Made by a program: the position numbers and the translations under genes | Assembly: GCA_001600695.1 (NCBI GenBank) | Contig: BCKQ01000009.1 | Coordinates: forward strand, 390,913 to 454,912 | DNA from: Ascoidea asiatica JCM 7603 | Lineage: Eukaryota; Fungi; Ascomycota | Direction: 5' to 3' | DNA: 64,000 bases | Notes under the pieces: model-generated | What the model was told of the DNA's origin: nothing | What the model saw: the letters and a program-made list of their open reading frames with translations, nothing else | Databases searched by the model: none | Shown: in pieces, positions 60,155-64,000 of the stretch | How the letters are laid out: each line of letters starts with the position of its first letter | How positions within the stretch are numbered: position 1 is the stretch's first letter

Positions 60155-61771
60155 TCAATATTTGTATCTAAAATTTCTATTCTCAAAATCAGTAAAATCT
60201 TTGAAACCATCAATTTGAGCTTGTTTAGCCATTTCATCGGTATAAACACCTCCAGCTTCTTTATTTCTTCTTTTATTTCTAGAAATCATGATAAATCCAT
60301 AAACTATCGATAAAACCATAATTACACAATAACATGTCATCATACCTGTCATACCAGATTTATATCTAGGTGCTTCTTTTGTATAAAAAATATTAGCACC
60401 AACAATATTTGCAGCAGCATAAAATAAAAAGTAAAGACCAGTTGCAAGAGTTCTTTTTGATTGACCTGCAACGTTTGCATTAATTAAAACCCAAGCTAAA
60501 ATAACTGGAGCGCCAACAATATATTGAAGCCAAGTACAACCAACTAAAGGCCATTTTTTATCAAGTGAAATGATTTTAAGTCCAATTAAACCACTTAAAG
60601 GAAAAATACAAGAAGCAAATAATAATATACAACGTATATTTGAAAAATATAAGGCAACCACACCCATACCAAAAATCCAAATTAATTCAAATGCACCTGT
60701 TGGTAATTGTAAAGCAGTTGCAGAAATTCCACTAAATCCAAAACCTTTAATCAAAGCACTTTGAAAATTTGAAATTCCACCATTAATAACACCACAACAA
60801 AAACCAGTTAAAGCTAAAATAATTACTCCGACATCAATTAAAGCTTCAGAAGCTTGTTTTTTCTTAAATTCAGTATCTTTAATACCCATTGAATTTTTAG
60901 AAATTCTATCTACAACTATGATTTTTTCTTTTTCAGTTAAAAATTTTGCAGAAGCTGGAGAATCTGGACAAAACAAATAAAATAAAACAGACCAAACTAA
61001 ATTTAATAAACCAATAACTAAGAAAATTAATTTCCATGGTTTTATTGCAGCATGAGTAGCATGACCTAAACCAAAAGATAATAAAGCACCAACAATAGTT
61101 GAAATACCATTACAACTTAAAATAGCACACATTCTAAAAGGTTGTTCAGCTCTTGTATAAAACATACTATTCAATTGCATTACAGATGGAGAAATTCCAG
61201 CTTCTAAACAACCTAAAAGAAATCTTAAAACTAAAATTCCACCATAATTTTTAGCACCAATATGACCAATTAAAATAATTGCCCAAACAAATAACATTAC
61301 AGCAGTATACTTTGCAACAGGAACCTTTTGAATAATATAATTTGCAGGTAAAGCACAAGCCATATAACCAAAATTAAAAATAGAAGCAGTCCATGAATAA
61401 CGTTGACCAACATCAATATGTAAATCAGCTTTAAAAGAATAAGCAGCAGCATAATTTAAAGATAATTTATCTAAGAATTGTAAAGTATATGTAATCATAA
61501 GAATTGGTAAAATATGTAAATCAATTTTTCTTCTTAATTTTTTATATTGTTCTTCACTATAAATTTCATCTTTAAAATCTTGAGCTTTTTTAAATAAATC
61601 TAAACCAATAATATGAGAATCAATAATTTCATTAGAATCAGAAGATTTATTAGCTTTTGAATTTTTTTCTAAATCTATTTTTTCATTTTCATTTGAAATA
61701 TTTGGATTACTTTTTACATTTATTTTAATGTTTGTTTTATTATCTTTATCGGAAAGCGAAATTGAAGACAT
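60155..61771 (-). CDS. MFS transporter, Dal5/allantoate permease (anion:cation symporter) family; substrate not determinable
   Basis: LQFLDK, LRFLLGCLEA, PDSPASAKFL, ANVAGQSKR, EAPRY, C-terminal DFTDFENRNFRY; about 12 hydrophobic segments. Confidence 0.93.
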   Translation of the reverse strand: MSSISLSDKDNKTNIKINVKSNPNISNENEKIDLEKNSKANKSSDSNEIIDSHIIGLDLFKKAQDFKDEIYSEEQYKKLRRKIDLHILPILMITYTLQFLDKLSLNYAAAYSFKADLHIDVGQRYSWTASIFNFGYMACALPANYIIQKVPVAKYTAVMLFVWAIILIGHIGAKNYGGILVLRFLLGCLEAGISPSVMQLNSMFYTRAEQPFRMCAILSCNGISTIVGALLSFGLGHATHAAIKPWKLIFLVIGLLNLVWSVLFYLFCPDSPASAKFLTEKEKIIVVDRISKNSMGIKDTEFKKKQASEALIDVGVIILALTGFCCGVINGGISNFQSALIKGFGFSGISATALQLPTGAFELIWIFGMGVVALYFSNIRCILLFASCIFPLSGLIGLKIISLDKKWPLVGCTWLQYIVGAPVILAWVLINANVAGQSKRTLATGLYFLFYAAANIVGANIFYTKEAPRYKSGMTGMMTCYCVIMVLSIVYGFIMISRNKRRNKEAGGVYTDEMAKQAQIDGFKDFTDFENRNFRYKY

Positions 61772-62009
61772 TTTTGAAAAAAAGGAACTTATAGCAAATT
61801 AGAGAATTATTATAAAATCTTAGACAACCTTTAATCCTTATTTTTGGAAATTATAGAGAATTAAATAAGATAATTTCAAGACATTTTATAAAATTTGAAA
61901 ATTAAAATAATCAATTGAAATTTAGCAATTATTGGAAATTTTTGTGCTTCATTGTTCTTTTTTAATAATTGTTTATTTGAAGTAATTTGGTTGTCATATC
62001 ATATAATAT

Positions 62010-62072
62010 CTTATCTTACGTTGTTTTCTTTTCTTTTCTTTTTTGATTTGTGTAGTCTTATCTTATCTTATC
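62010..62072 (-). promoter_or_regulatory. Four GATAAG (GATA-factor, nitrogen catabolite repression-type) elements upstream of the permease
   Basis: CTTATC at 62010, plus three overlapping copies at 62057-62072, 240-300 bp upstream of the ATG. Confidence 0.55.
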
Positions 62073-62571
62073 TAGTACAATACTATTTTAGTTTATGATT
62101 GATTTTATATCTAATGATATGTATTCTTTTATAAAAATAAGGAACTTTTTTATGTAATTTGAATTGTTTTAGCTTGTTCTTTGTTTTGTAAAATTGCTGT
62201 GAGTTGTAAGTTTCTTCTGAATCATTAGGTATTTAAATCTTCGGTTAAAAAGTAAAAGCAGAAGCTAATAAAAAAAGAAGCTTCATGATTTTTTTCCAAG
62301 ATATTTTAAGATTAAAACTACTCAAAATGCGAGAAGTTTGCTATCGGAAATGATCTCGGAGCTCTCAATGCCAAACTCTAAATTCCTAATTAACCCAGAT
62401 AATCTTGATTAATTAACTCAAAAAACAAGCTAATTTCCAAAGTTTTGTCAATTTGCAACGTTACAGTCGTTTAATAGTGGGCTAGTTTCTAAATTTTAAC
62501 TCAAAATTACCAATAATTGAATATTCAAATGTTCAAATCGCAAGAATTTCCTGAAACAAATCCAAAGAAGG

Positions 62572-62768
62572 GCACAAACGCGTAAATCAGCACAAACGCG
62601 TAGCACCCCAGACACGTGAAAATAAACTTAGTTACCCGCCTATATTTTTTAATCGCACCTCAATCAAGCTATCTCTGCTCATTTTTCTCACTTTCACTTT
62701 GCCCAAATTACTCAAATCTGGAAAATAGGCGCGATGAAGCTTTAAGAAAAAAATGCACGACACGTGAC
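62572..62768. promoter_or_regulatory. GC-rich regulatory island: duplicated GCACAAACGCGTA (two MCBs), CACGTG (62613), Reb1-like TTACCCG (62632), Cbf1-type CACGTGAC (62761)
   Basis: Exact motifs seen directly. Confidence 0.55.
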
Positions 62769-64000
62769 TAACGTACCTGATTATCCTCAAGTGAATACAT
62801 AGGCGACCGATAACGATAACCTTAATGTTTACTTAGATCAAGAATTAGTTGATAAAATAAATATATAAGTAAAATAAATAGTTTGGATTAGTTTGATTTT
62901 AAGACAGTTAATCAACCATAATTTTAACAAAGGAAGAAATATTGGATGAGCTTGGTTTGTATATTTTAGTTCAAAATCTTGCTGAAACTCAAATGTAATC
63001 TATTGGAGGGATTCATTAAGGAAAAATAATTAATCAAATAAATAAAGTTGATGTAAATTTGAATTTAATATACTTCAAGTAGCATTACTTCCATAACAAA
63101 AAAATGATTTAATAAATTAAAAGGTTAAAGCTGCAATTTGTAAAGCTGTAATTTGTATGAGGAGTCCGAATTAAGTCAATGAAATACTTCAAGAGAATAA
63201 TTAAAGGCAAGAGAAATTTGAGGATATTAATTCTCATAGAGTATACCAGTAATTACTTTTTTTGGAAAACAGATTTCAATCAATTGAATTTTAAGCAATA
63301 AAAAAGTCTCGCAAATTTTCTTCTTGTTTGATTATTCAAACTATTTTTGAAAGTTTATTTAACTCATTGTTCCATATTAATACAGATATCTATCTGAATT
63401 TATCCCTTTGATCTAAGAATTTGTGCTTAAGAAAAGTTAACTAAAGAAGAAAAAAAAAGGAGAACCTAAAGACATTATAGAAGATGTTAATTAAAAAAAA
63501 TTGAAATTGATGGTGCAATTCCAGATCAAACTTTAAAAGATGAAAGCAATAATGATTTAAATTCTTTTGAATTTAAATCAAATTTAATAAAAAATAAGTA
63601 AAATCTTTATTATTGAACAAGACAAGCAAGCTATTAGGTTTAATAATCCATTGAGTGAAACGACAATCAATAATCAAATTCCAATCCTAGATTTATCTTC
63701 AAAATCACCAAATTCTCAATTGAAGGTTTTTAAAAAAAATATTTTGAAATTTTAATTTAGTTTCCGATCCAAAATAAAGTTTCAATTTCAATCTTAGGTG
63801 ATAAAAACATCTTAGCAAATAAAGTTGTTAGATCTCACTAAATTTTCTATAAAGGGAAATTAAACTGGATTTATACTATCGATCAACTAAAAAAGAAATT
63901 TATTTACTTTCAAATGAAAATAAAAATACATATGATAAGATATAAAGTAAACACTGTTTTGTCTTTTATTTTGATTTATTTTTCCTTATATTTTCTTTTT

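Noticed and set aside
377-60764. Many short antisense, nested or intergenic ORFs in the track (for example 377-658, 8294-8566, 15403-15726, 17272-17493, 38322-38564, 48813-49124, 53466-53978)
   Set aside because: They are shadows of real genes, microsatellite translations or GC-rich promoter DNA; many start at non-ATG codons and none has a recognisable motif.
62680-62900. GTCACGTG as CDEI of a point centromere
   Set aside because: In the required orientation it is not followed by a >90% AT CDEII and a CDEIII CCGAA element; a Cbf1 promoter site is the simpler explanation.
1-64000. tRNA, rRNA, CRISPR arrays and spliceosomal introns
   Set aside because: I found no cloverleaf or A/B-box pair, rRNA-like tract, repeat-spacer array, or convincing GTATGT...TACTAAC...YAG set by eye; a short or 5' UTR intron could have been missed.

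Overview
Very AT-rich budding-yeast (Saccharomycotina-type) nuclear DNA with about 20 protein-coding genes, none with an evident intron, many carrying Asn-rich microsatellite expansions. Core genes in order: the 3' part of DYN1, AHA1, SOD2, PKH3, UPC2, CDT1/TAH11, a dynein light intermediate chain, a hamartin (TSC1), a YJR142W-like Nudix hydrolase, SWR1, BNA1, SDH4, ICL2, FLX1, HCM1, ILV6 and a Dal5-family permease. Between the dynein light intermediate chain and TSC1 (about 27.4-34.6 kb) lies an accessory-looking island. It holds two tandem, catalytically aberrant Rho-like paralogs, a decayed pogo/Fot1 (DDE_1) transposase between them that the ORF track misses, and a convergent, intact ADP-ribosylglycohydrolase with bacterial/ARH1-type motifs. 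My best candidate for a new system is this module, hypothesised as a decoy Rho plus ADP-ribose eraser against ADP-ribosylating toxins; the function is inference only. Promoters stand out as short GC-rich islands, and long genes show a 5'-to-3' composition gradient. I found no tRNA, rRNA or CRISPR. All homology calls are from remembered motifs, not database searches.
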